DNA of 64,000 nt from a virus: positions 33,299 through 97,298 of the IMG/VR virus record IMGVR_UViG_3300010396_000042; one strand, given 5' to 3'. Numbering within the stretch: the stretch's first letter is position 1; every line of letters begins with the position of its first letter. Under the pieces are notes generated by a model. The model worked only from the letters and a program-made list of their open reading frames with translations, did not search any database and was not told the DNA's origin. Positions 19,012 through 27,186 of the stretch are shown here, in pieces. Both the position numbers and the translations under genes were made by a program.

Positions 19012-19910
19012 GCGAGAGCACCGGAGTCAAGCCGAAGCTGCCGCACTACGCGCGCTGGGGCGCGGTGCCCTCGAATCTCGCCACCGCGACCCGGCTGCGC
19101 GAACTCGACCTGCCGCGCCAGCCCGGGCTGCGGGCCGCCACCGTCGAGGGCGGCGACTACCGCGGCAAGAGCGACGTGTTCGACCTCTACGACATCACCA
19201 CGAGCCCACCCACCACCGCGTCGGCCAAGCAGCTCGAGGCCGCGGCCACACGGCGGAAATTCAGCGAGTGCAGCGAGTGCGGCGCGCACCCCGACACCGG
19301 GCTGAGCCAGGTCACCGGCCGGTGCGAGGCCTGCCTGCACATCGAGCAGATCCGCAAGGCCCAGCTCGAGGCGCAGCGCCACCGCGCAACGTCCGCACAG
19401 TGGGCGGCCAAGCACCTCGACGACCCCAAAACCGTGGTGGCGTGGATCGACGAGCACACCCCGCCGGCGACCGCGTCCAAACCGAAGCGCAAACCGGTCG
19501 CCCACACCCTCACCCTCGTCACCCCGCACGGCAAGCAGCTGCTGCGCATCTGCTACCGCCTCCCCGGCATCGGCCCGCGCGTGCGCGCACTGCCCGAGCA
19601 GGCTCTCGCCTACGAGGACGCGGCCGCGGTCCTCGCCGCGCTCGGCGAGCGGTACTTCATCACCTGGTCCTACAACAACCTGTGGCGCCTGGTGTACATG
19701 TCCACCGGCGAGAACACCAGCTACCTCGCACGGCACGGCAGCGAGATGGATGACCACATCCTGTGGTGGCGCGGAGACATCGACCCGCGCCGCCCGCAAT
19801 ACCCGCGTGCCGCCGTCCCGCCCGGCAACGCTGACCGCCTCGCACTGCTGCTGCGCCGCATGGCCGCCGGGACGCAGCAGACCGTGCAGCCGAGGATGAC
19901 CGATGGCTGA
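19008..19910 (+). CDS. Zn-finger hypothetical protein
   Basis: CSECG..CEAC; coupled overlaps. Confidence 0.6.
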   Translation: MSESTGVKPKLPHYARWGAVPSNLATATRLRELDLPRQPGLRAATVEGGDYRGKSDVFDLYDITTSPPTTASAKQLEAAATRRKFSECSECGAHPDTGLSQVTGRCEACLHIEQIRKAQLEAQRHRATSAQWAAKHLDDPKTVVAWIDEHTPPATASKPKRKPVAHTLTLVTPHGKQLLRICYRLPGIGPRVRALPEQALAYEDAAAVLAALGERYFITWSYNNLWRLVYMSTGENTSYLARHGSEMDDHILWWRGDIDPRRPQYPRAAVPPGNADRLALLLRRMAAGTQQTVQPRMTDG

Positions 19911-20394
19911 TGACACGCGCCACTGGGTCGAAACCGTTGTCGAGGACTGTCTCAGCAAGATCCGCGCACACGGCTTCACCGTGGTCGGCGTCGGAACCGG
20001 GCCACATGGTGCCACGCCACAGTTCGCTTACACGGTCGGCGTGTCGGTCACACGCGGATTCGAGCTGGCGATCAGCGGCCTGCCGATCGAGACCATGCAC
20101 GACGCGCTCAACACCCTCGCGCGCCGCGCCCTGGACGACGCCGACAGCTTCGTCCCAAGCGATGGACTGCTGGTAGACGGCGTATTCGCGCCGCCATTCC
20201 AGCCGCGCCTGAAGCAGGCGCACGAGACATGGCCGTTCGGCATGATCCGCCGCGCGCTCGGCCCCTCCCTGCGGCTCGCTGTCTGGCAGGCGCAGTTCCC
20301 GGATATCGGGTGCCGGTATCCCGGCGACGCCGAATACGCCTACGGCCCAGAACGCCAGACGGACTTCACACAACCGAAGGCGGGCGGCCGGTGA
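19903..20394 (+). CDS. DUF4262-like protein
   Basis: IRAHG..V..FAYTVG..ELAISGL..Q..PD..RYP. Confidence 0.7.
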   Translation: MADDTRHWVETVVEDCLSKIRAHGFTVVGVGTGPHGATPQFAYTVGVSVTRGFELAISGLPIETMHDALNTLARRALDDADSFVPSDGLLVDGVFAPPFQPRLKQAHETWPFGMIRRALGPSLRLAVWQAQFPDIGCRYPGDAEYAYGPERQTDFTQPKAGGR

Positions 20395-20876
20395 CCAGAT
20401 ACGCCGCAGGCACCAGCGTCCCGGTCGACCGGACCCAGGCGGAGATCGGGCGCACCCTCGAGCGCTACGGCGTCGAGGAGTACGCCTTCGGCCGCGCGCG
20501 CCGCCACGCGGAGGTCAGATTCGTCGGCCATGGCCGCCAGATTCGCTTCGTCATCCCGCTGCCGGACCCGACCGGTCGGGAGTTCACCAAGACGCCCACC
20601 CAGCGTGACCGCACGCCCGCCGCCGCCCGCGAGGCATACGAGCAGGCCGTTAAGCAGCGCTGGCGCGCACTGAACCTGCTGATCAAGGCCAAGCTCGAGG
20701 CCGTCGCCGCGAACGTGCAGACCTTCGAGGACGAGTTCCTCGCCTACACGCTGCTGCCCAACGGCATGACGGTCGCCGAGTCAGTGCGCGAACCTCTCGC
20801 CCAGGCCCTCGCCTCCGGCGCGGTGCCCGAGCTGCTTCCCGCGGGCCGCCGCGCGCTCACCCCAGGAGAGTCCTGA
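20391..20876 (+). CDS. Conserved hypothetical phage protein
   Basis: YA..TSVP..EI..L.RYG..RWRAL.L.IKAKLEAV..FE.EFL. Confidence 0.75.
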   Translation: MTRYAAGTSVPVDRTQAEIGRTLERYGVEEYAFGRARRHAEVRFVGHGRQIRFVIPLPDPTGREFTKTPTQRDRTPAAAREAYEQAVKQRWRALNLLIKAKLEAVAANVQTFEDEFLAYTLLPNGMTVAESVREPLAQALASGAVPELLPAGRRALTPGES

Positions 20877-21163
20877 TGCTCGAAGGCGCACTGATTCTGC
20901 TCGCAGGTCTCGTGGTCGGCCGATTTCTGCCCGCGCGCCGCAAGCAGCGCAAAGCCAAGCAGATCAAGCCCGTGTGCGGTTGCGAACACGGCCTGCATGA
21001 CCACGACAAGGCCACCGGCGCGTGCAATGCCCGCAGCCGCACCTACCGCTATGACCAGGCGACCGAGTTCGAGGTGCTCGACGGCTACGTGCCATGCACC
21101 TGCCGCCAGTACACCGGTCCCGAACCGCTCCCCGAGTACTACGCCCCCGAGATCACCGGCTGA
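20876..21163 (+). CDS. Membrane-anchored Cys/His-rich small protein
   Basis: N-terminal TM; CGCEH..H..C..CTCRQY.GP. Confidence 0.65.
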   Translation: MLEGALILLAGLVVGRFLPARRKQRKAKQIKPVCGCEHGLHDHDKATGACNARSRTYRYDQATEFEVLDGYVPCTCRQYTGPEPLPEYYAPEITG

Positions 21164-21203
21164 AGTCGAGCCGCCGCCCAGCCTGACACGAGAAAGGAAA
21201 CCC

Positions 21204-21671
21204 ATGCCCTTCCTGCGTAAACGCACTCGAAGAGCGATCCGCGACGAATACGAGGACGTCGCTCACGCAGCGGCCCTTAGCCCCATCGCGATTCTCGCGG
21301 TGGTGTTCGTCATCGTGCTGATCGCAGGCGCCGTGGCCCTGGTGATCTGGCTTCGGACCGCCAGCTCCGCCGCTCGGGGTAACGCAGGCGTCACCCGCCA
21401 GCACAACTCCACCCAGAACCAAATCGCCCAGAACACCAAGTTGCTCGGCGACAGCGCAACCATCGTGTCCGACCAGCAGAAGATCAGGATCCTGAAAGCG
21501 AGTCAGGTCACCGAGCAGGACCGGATCGACCTGGCCGGCCTCGAACAGAACTGCCAGTCCGACGTCGCCACCTACAACGCCGACGCGCAGAACGTCCTCG
21601 CCACCGGGCTCCTGCCCACCGGCCTTCCCTCCTCTTACCCGACCACCGTCTGTGAGGTCACCGCGCCATGA
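21204..21671 (+). CDS. Single-TM membrane protein with extracytoplasmic coiled coil
   Basis: AGAAAGGA RBS; one TM; YNADA..LP motif. Confidence 0.75.
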   Translation: MPFLRKRTRRAIRDEYEDVAHAAALSPIAILAVVFVIVLIAGAVALVIWLRTASSAARGNAGVTRQHNSTQNQIAQNTKLLGDSATIVSDQQKIRILKASQVTEQDRIDLAGLEQNCQSDVATYNADAQNVLATGLLPTGLPSSYPTTVCEVTAP

Positions 21672-22258
21672 ACCCTTCCACCCGCCTTACTTCGCACCGG
21701 CGCCGCGTGCGCGGCGCCGCACTTGCCCTCGTCGCCCTTCTGACCGGCATCGCCGTCCTCGCCGGCTGCACCTCCTCCGCCTCGTCCGTATCCGGCGGGA
21801 ACCAGGTCGCGCAGACCGAGTACTCCGAGTTCAACGCCGCCGTCCCGTACCCCTTCGGGCACACCGCGCCATCGGACCCGCTAGAGCGCAAGAACCTCGC
21901 CGCCCGGCTCGTCCAGTACAACTCCGCAGGTGACACGAACTACGTCTACATGTTCGCGTGGGGCTCACCGACGCCGATCGGCTACTACGTGATCCGCGGC
22001 AAGGTCTCCTCCACCGGCTCCCAGATGACCTCCGACCAGATCACCACCAACTGCGACGGATCCAACCACGACAGCTGCGCCGTCGTGAACGCGATCGGTG
22101 ACGACGGTTCCTACGGACCCGAAGAAGGCGGCAGCAACGGCGTGTTCTTCTTCACCACCACAGGAACCCTGATCGAGACCGACCAGCCGTTCGTCGTCTC
22201 CTCCGCTCCCATCAAGCTCTACGCGTCCGTACCCCAGCTCGACGCCCCGGCAAAGTAG
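21668..22258 (+). CDS. Lipoprotein
   Basis: Signal peptide with LAGC lipobox; YVY..GYYVIRGKVSS..DDGSYG..GVFFFT. Confidence 0.8.
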   Translation: MNPSTRLTSHRRRVRGAALALVALLTGIAVLAGCTSSASSVSGGNQVAQTEYSEFNAAVPYPFGHTAPSDPLERKNLAARLVQYNSAGDTNYVYMFAWGSPTPIGYYVIRGKVSSTGSQMTSDQITTNCDGSNHDSCAVVNAIGDDGSYGPEEGGSNGVFFFTTTGTLIETDQPFVVSSAPIKLYASVPQLDAPAK

Positions 22259-22271
22259 GCAGACGTCACCG

Positions 22272-22568
22272 ATGGATCCGCTCACGAGTGCAGGCTTGGC
22301 GCTGTTCGTATGCGGGTGGGCCGGGCTGCTCGCGAGGCGCCTGCGGAGACACCACGCCAACGGACTCTTCGCGATCGCCGAGGGCCTGTTCTGCATCGAC
22401 GACATCCGTTTGAACGATCCGGCCGGGACGGTTTTCTGCGCCGCGTTCTGCGCGCTCTACGCGTACTGGTGGTGGCACGGCGGGGGGGGCAACGGTACCA
22501 AGCGCCGTCTGCGTGCCCTGCGACGCAAGTTCCAGGCCAGGCGTCGTACCGCACCGCAACTCACCTGA
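22272..22568 (+). CDS. Small membrane protein
   Basis: Hydrophobic segments, WWWHGGGG, basic tail. Confidence 0.55.
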   Translation: MDPLTSAGLALFVCGWAGLLARRLRRHHANGLFAIAEGLFCIDDIRLNDPAGTVFCAAFCALYAYWWWHGGGGNGTKRRLRALRRKFQARRRTAPQLT

Positions 22569-22637
22569 ACCTTGTTCCAACGTTCTGATTCCCTCGTTCT
22601 GAAAGCAGTCGAACACCTATGAACACCGGCTCGCTGC

Positions 22638-23147
22638 GTGACCCGTTCTCCGCCCGGCCCGTACGGCAGGGTACGACGAAGCAAAGCCCCCCCCACTGCT
22701 GTCGCTGCGCCTTCCGTTGAGCAGCTCCTCGTCGAGGCCGAGCAGTGCCCGGTTGAGCCGGTCCGGATGCTGGCCACGCAGATCCGGGCCGCGATCGAGC
22801 AGCTGCGCGGCAAGCTCGATGAGGTCGCCGCGTTCACCGCCACTCAGCGGGAACTGCTCGACGCCGAGGCCCGCGTCGCCGAGCTGCGCGCGAAGCTCAA
22901 GGTCCTCGCCCACGCCGACGGGCCTCGACCAGCCGGCGGCGGCGAGCCGAAGCAGCGCAGCGCGGCCAGGCCGCCCGCGCCGGCCGTGCCCGCGGCGCCG
23001 GTCACCGCCGCGACGGCTGCGGTCAACGGCAAGGACATCCGTTACTCGAACGCGGTACGCGACTGGGCCCGCGCCCGCGGCATGAAGGTCGCCCCCAGCG
23101 GCCGCATCTCCGACACGATCATCGCCGCCTACCGCGCCGTCCACTGA
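22638..23147 (+). CDS. Coiled-coil protein with C-terminal Lsr2 DNA-binding domain
   Basis: AVRDWARARGMKVAPSGRISDTIIAAY. Confidence 0.8.
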   Translation: MTRSPPGPYGRVRRSKAPPTAVAAPSVEQLLVEAEQCPVEPVRMLATQIRAAIEQLRGKLDEVAAFTATQRELLDAEARVAELRAKLKVLAHADGPRPAGGGEPKQRSAARPPAPAVPAAPVTAATAAVNGKDIRYSNAVRDWARARGMKVAPSGRISDTIIAAYRAVH

Positions 23148-23605
23148 CCGCCCCTCAACCACCACCAGGAGCCCCAATGCCCGACACCCGAATACACCCC
23201 GCTGGCCGCCGCGTCCCTCGTCCGCACCAGCACCGGAGCAACCGTGATCATCCCCGTTCGTGCCCGCACGGATTCCCCCATCACCACCGTCGGAGGCGTG
23301 CGCGCCCCGATTGAACCGGGCCACCCGCTCGCCGACCGCGACTGCCCGGTCTGCGACAAGCCACTGACCGACGCCCCGATCACGCTCGTGCTCGTCGGCA
23401 TCGAGCCACACCGGCGCAAGCCGGACGGCGGCTGGACCACCGCGGCCGCAGTCCCGGTCCATGCCGCCTGCGCCGGCGTCGAGCAATAACCAGGCAAGCC
23501 GCGCCCCCTTGGCCGCCCTGCCTGACCGCATGGCCCGCTCGGCAGCCGCCGCACCGATCTCCTGACCGCTGCAACAACACCGAACCCGGAAGTAGACGAA
23601 GACCC

Positions 23606-23785
23606 GTGTATTCCAAGCCCTCGCTCGGCGCCGCCGCCGGTACCGCCGTCGCCGCCCCCGCCGTCCTCGGCGGCGACGCCACCTGGTACATCCTTTCCGG
23701 CATTCTCGTCCTGGTCGTCGCCGGCCTGGTGACCGTCCGGATCGTCGGGCGCCGGGGCGGCCGCGGCCGCGGCGGGCGGCACTGA
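23606..23785 (+). CDS. 59-aa membrane peptide coupled to the glycosyltransferase (absent from the ORF track)
   Basis: GTG 23606: MYSKPSLGAAAGTAVAAPAVLGGDATWYILSGILVLVVAGLVTVRIVGRRGGRGRGGRH*; TGATG overlap with GT2. Confidence 0.65.
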   Translation: MYSKPSLGAAAGTAVAAPAVLGGDATWYILSGILVLVVAGLVTVRIVGRRGGRGRGGRH

Positions 23786-25116
23786 TGCGCCGCTGCCTGC
23801 AGCGCCACCTACGGCCGCACGTCCCGATCGGCGTTTTCGCCGTGATCGGCGCCGTGCTGTGGTGGGACTGGCGTTTCACCCACGGCCCGAGCTGGTACGG
23901 CATCGCCGTACTCGGGCTGCTGACCGCGAAGCTCGCCCTCTCCCTCGGCTCCCGCCCGTATCAGGCATCCGGGGCCGGCGCTGCCCGCGTCGCGCACCTC
24001 AAGGCCGTGGCGGTGATCACCTGCTACAACGAGAAACCCGACCTGCTGCGCGCCTGCCTGCGTTCCCTGCTGGAGCAGTCCCGCCGCCCGCGGGCCCTGG
24101 TCGTGGTCGACGACGCCTCCACCGACCCGGCCTGCCGCCGCGTCGCCGAGAGCTTCGCGCCGCGCTTCGCCCGCGCCGGCATCGACTTCCGGGTGATCGC
24201 CTTCAAGGAGAACAAGGGCAAGCGCCACGCCCTGGCGGCCGCGTTCGACGCGCACCCGAAGGCCGACGTGTACGTGTGCGTCGACTCCGACACCCACCTG
24301 GACCCGGACGCCGTGCGCAACGTGCTGCAACCCTTCGCGTCCCGCCGCACCAACGCCGTCACCGGCCTCGTCCTGGCCAGCAACGCCCGGCAGAACCTGC
24401 TCACCCGGCTGATCGACCTGCGCTACGCCAACGCGTTCCTCTACGAGCGCGCCGCCTACAGCCTGCTCGGCTCCGTGCTGTGCTGCTGCGGCTCCCTCGC
24501 GGCCTACCGCGGCAGCGTGGTGCGCGAGCACCTCGGGGACTTCCTCGGCCAGCAGTTCCTCGGCCGCGCCTGCACCTACGGCGACGACCGGCGCCTGACC
24601 CAGTACGCGCTGCTGCGCGGCCGCGTCGTCCTGCAACCCAACGCCGTGGCGTGGACCGAGGTACCCAGCAACCTGCCCTGGTACATCCGCCAGCAGAACC
24701 GCTGGAACAAAAGCTTCTTCCGAGAATCCCTGTGGACCGTGACCAGGGCGCGCATGCACCGGCCCGCGTTCTGGCTCGCCGCGGTCGAACTCGGCTCCTG
24801 GGCCACGTTCACCATCGCGCTGCTCACCGCCCTGGTCGCCCTGCCACTGCGCGCAGGGCACGTGCACGGCTCCTGGTCTCTCGCAGGCGCCTACGCGATG
24901 TACGCGATGCTGCTGTCCTACGCCCGCTCCGCCCGGTACGTCGAAGTGCGGCACGTGGCCATGCCCTGGCCCGAGCGGATCGGCAGCTACCTGCTCGCCC
25001 CGCTCTACGGCCTGCTCAACCTCGGGCTGCTGCTGTGGGTGCGCCTCTACTCCCTGGCCACCCTGCGCGACAATGGCTGGGGCACGAGAGCGACTGTCGA
25101 GGCGGTGAGTTCGTGA
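23785..25116 (+). CDS. Processive GT2 glycosyltransferase, hyaluronan synthase/NodC-like
   Basis: DDAS, KGKR, VDSD, CCGSLAAYR, GDDRRLT, QQNRW motifs; flanking TM helices; ends GWGTR. Confidence 0.9.
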   Translation: MRRCLQRHLRPHVPIGVFAVIGAVLWWDWRFTHGPSWYGIAVLGLLTAKLALSLGSRPYQASGAGAARVAHLKAVAVITCYNEKPDLLRACLRSLLEQSRRPRALVVVDDASTDPACRRVAESFAPRFARAGIDFRVIAFKENKGKRHALAAAFDAHPKADVYVCVDSDTHLDPDAVRNVLQPFASRRTNAVTGLVLASNARQNLLTRLIDLRYANAFLYERAAYSLLGSVLCCCGSLAAYRGSVVREHLGDFLGQQFLGRACTYGDDRRLTQYALLRGRVVLQPNAVAWTEVPSNLPWYIRQQNRWNKSFFRESLWTVTRARMHRPAFWLAAVELGSWATFTIALLTALVALPLRAGHVHGSWSLAGAYAMYAMLLSYARSARYVEVRHVAMPWPERIGSYLLAPLYGLLNLGLLLWVRLYSLATLRDNGWGTRATVEAVSS

Positions 25117-26000
25117 TGGTCTCCGACGTCATCGCGAACGTGCGGCCCCGACACAGCTCCGGCGACCTGCGGATGCTCAATCCTGTCGAGCGCAAAGCTG
25201 CACTGATGGCCTGGGGTGGCGCGGACCTGGTGGACATCGCGACCGAGACGGGTATGCCCTTTCAGCACGTCCGGGAAGCCGTCGCATTGCAGGCCAAATG
25301 GAGACGCGAGCCGCCGCCGCCCGGCTGGGATCCTGGTCCGCAACCCGAACCGGTGCCGGATCCGGATCCGGATCCGGATCCGGATCCGCTCGGCGAGGTC
25401 GGCGATCTCTCCTCACCCCTGCCGGTCTACGCAGGCGGCATCGATCGCTTACCAGCCGAGGATCGAGCGGACCTGGAACGCGGGCAGGAAAACATCCAGC
25501 GCCTGCTCGACCAGGCGCAGGCCGAGGAGGGGCGGGACGCCGAACTCGAGCAGCTCGTCCAACCGCGCCCCGCACCACGACCGGTCTCGATCTCGATGGG
25601 CGGAATGGACATCGCGCAAACCGTGCGCGCCGGCGAACGCAGCGACGATGCGCACGCCAGAGCGCTGGCGGGGCGTATCCGCCGCCAGGTCAACGAACTG
25701 AGCGCATACCTCGCCACGAAGACGGAGATCGACCTCGCCCATCAGCGAATCAGCACGCTGCAAGACGAGGTCGAATCCCTCAAGAGGATCGTCCGGCACC
25801 GCGAATCGCACCGCCCGGCCAATGCCCGGGCCGCTGCGAGAGAGCCAACCGCACCCGTGATCAAGGCGACGGACGACATGAGGTACTCGACGACAGTGCG
25901 GGACTGGGCACGACTACACGGCCTTGCGGTCGCAGACAGAGGCCGCATCGCCAACAGCGTCGTCCAGGCGTACCTGGCGGCGCATCCCGCCGAGCGCTAG
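25116..26000 (+). CDS. Protein with N-terminal HTH-like segment, PD repeat and C-terminal Lsr2 DNA-binding domain
   Basis: VRDWARLHGLAVADRGRIANSVVQAY with intact RGR hook. Confidence 0.75.
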   Translation: MVSDVIANVRPRHSSGDLRMLNPVERKAALMAWGGADLVDIATETGMPFQHVREAVALQAKWRREPPPPGWDPGPQPEPVPDPDPDPDPDPLGEVGDLSSPLPVYAGGIDRLPAEDRADLERGQENIQRLLDQAQAEEGRDAELEQLVQPRPAPRPVSISMGGMDIAQTVRAGERSDDAHARALAGRIRRQVNELSAYLATKTEIDLAHQRISTLQDEVESLKRIVRHRESHRPANARAAAREPTAPVIKATDDMRYSTTVRDWARLHGLAVADRGRIANSVVQAYLAAHPAER

Positions 26001-26290
26001 ACGATGGCGGCGCGTCGTGTCCTGCGCATGGCGCGCCGCGCCGCCCGCGTCCCGTTCGCCTCTTTCGCGGCGCGACTCAGTGCCCGGCTGGCCATCACAG
26101 CGCGCCCGATCTTCGCCGCGCAGTGCTCGCCGAGCCGCGCCGCGGTCGACGCCTCGGCATGCACCGGGTGCTTGCACACCGAGCACTTCACCGGGCCCGA
26201 AGCGTCCTGGGCCGCGATCCACGCGCGCTCGTACTCCGCGAAATCCGGATCGAGCTCGAAGATCGAGGTCTGACCCTGCGATACGTCCAT
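25997..26290 (-). CDS. DUF6011-like Zn-binding protein
   Basis: CSVCKHPV..S..RLGEHCA. Confidence 0.55.
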   Translation of the reverse strand: MDVSQGQTSIFELDPDFAEYERAWIAAQDASGPVKCSVCKHPVHAEASTAARLGEHCAAKIGRAVMASRALSRAAKEANGTRAARRAMRRTRRAAIV

Positions 26291-26440
26291 ATCACTATGG
26301 TGCCCGCTGCGTCCGACAATCAGCACCCCGATTACCAGAAAACCCGCACCGGGACACGGGCACCCGCGAACCTCATTTGTTAGGCCGCCACGCGGCGCAA
26401 ATCATTCGCTGCCGGTGATCCGCACGGCTACCGTGATCTC

Positions 26441-26522
26441 GTCCCGGTGCGATAGGCGACGGTTACTTCCTCTCCTCTCCAGAGAACCCAAGAACACCGC
26501 CGCCGGCCTTCGATCTCGGGGC
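26441..26522 (+). ncRNA. Y-RNA-like unit 1 (conserved helix only, no tRNA module)
   Basis: GTCCCG-GTGCGATAGGCGACGG-TTACTTC..CCGCCGCC..TTCGATCT-CGGGGC. Confidence 0.7.
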
Positions 26523-26538
26523 ACACAACTGAACAATG

Positions 26539-26691
26539 ACTGCGAACGCCCGCCAGGTGCGTAGGAGAGAGCTACTTCCAACTTGCTGATTGGGTGGTCC
26601 GGGTTCGAATCCCGGCGGACCTTCGGGTCTGTGGTGTAACGGCAGCACTCTTGTCGCTTTCCCCGATTCGATCTCTGGCGGCACTCGCAGT
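26539..26691 (+). ncRNA. YrlA-like Y RNA unit 2 (T arm, UUCG-closed acceptor stem, D arm)
   Basis: CCGGG-TTCGAAT-CCCGG, CGGACC-TTCG-GGTCTG, TGGTGTAACGGCAGCAC inside the GGTGCG..TTCGATCT helix. Confidence 0.85.
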
Positions 26692-26699
26692 GGAACGCA

Positions 26700-26804
26700 C
26701 CTCCCGGTGCGCAGGCCACAGGTACTTCTTGGTCACCATGGGTTCAAATCCCATCCGCGCCCTGACCGGCGCGGGGTTCCTGCAGCCGCTTCGATCTCGG
26801 GAGG
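26700..26804 (+). ncRNA. Y-RNA-like unit 3 (minihelix: T arm plus closed acceptor stem)
   Basis: ATGGG-TTCAAAT-CCCAT, CCGCGCC-ctgacc-GGCGCGG; closing CCTCCCG/CGGGAGG. Confidence 0.8.
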
Positions 26805-26832
26805 ATCGAACGCTGAACAACTGAATACGGCA

Positions 26833-26986
26833 CCTCCCGGTGCGCAAGGCGAGGAGTTCTTCACAGTCGTCGCGGGTTCAAATCCCGTCGCCCGCAACAC
26901 GTGGGGCGTGGCTGAGCGGCCTAAAGCGCAGGGCCCACGAGGCCCTGTTCGACGGACGAGCCTCACCTGTTCTCGATCTCGGGAGG
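26833..26986 (+). ncRNA. YrlA-like Y RNA unit 4 (T arm, closed acceptor, Ser/Leu-type D arm, extra hairpin)
   Basis: GCGGG-TTCAAAT-CCCGT, CGCCC/GGGCG, TGGCTGAGCGGCCTAAAGC, CAGGGCC/GGCCCTG; closing CCTCCCG/CGGGAGG. Confidence 0.8.
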
Positions 26987-26997
26987 GACAGCATTGG

Positions 26998-27142
26998 GGT
27001 CACGCCCGGTGCGCAGGTAACGGGTCCTTCGGAATCAAGGGTTACTGGTTCGAGTCCAGTCGCCGCCCTCACCGGCGGTGTGGCTCAATTGGTAGAGCAT
27101 TGGTCTAACAACCCCGTCGCCGCTTCGATCTCGGGCGTGGCC
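26998..27142 (+). ncRNA. YrlA-like Y RNA unit 5 (T arm, 7-bp closed acceptor, D arm)
   Basis: ACTGG-TTCGAGT-CCAGT, CGCCGCC-ctcacc-GGCGGTG, TGGCTCAATTGGTAGAGC; closing GGTCACGCCCG/CGGGCGTGGCC. Confidence 0.85.
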
Positions 27143-27186
27143 ACTCTTCTCTCCTCCCACCGCATCCGTTCGATGGGAGTCGAGCC

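Noticed and set aside
25356-25388. (CCGGAT)n microsatellite as a contingency locus
   Set aside because: The unit is 6 nt and in frame, encoding a Pro-Asp linker, so length change would not switch expression
26441-27142. CRISPR array or a cluster of ordinary tRNA genes
   Set aside because: Repeats are bipartite and pair around structured inserts, no cas genes are present, and tRNA halves are in permuted order with closed acceptor stems and no CCA end
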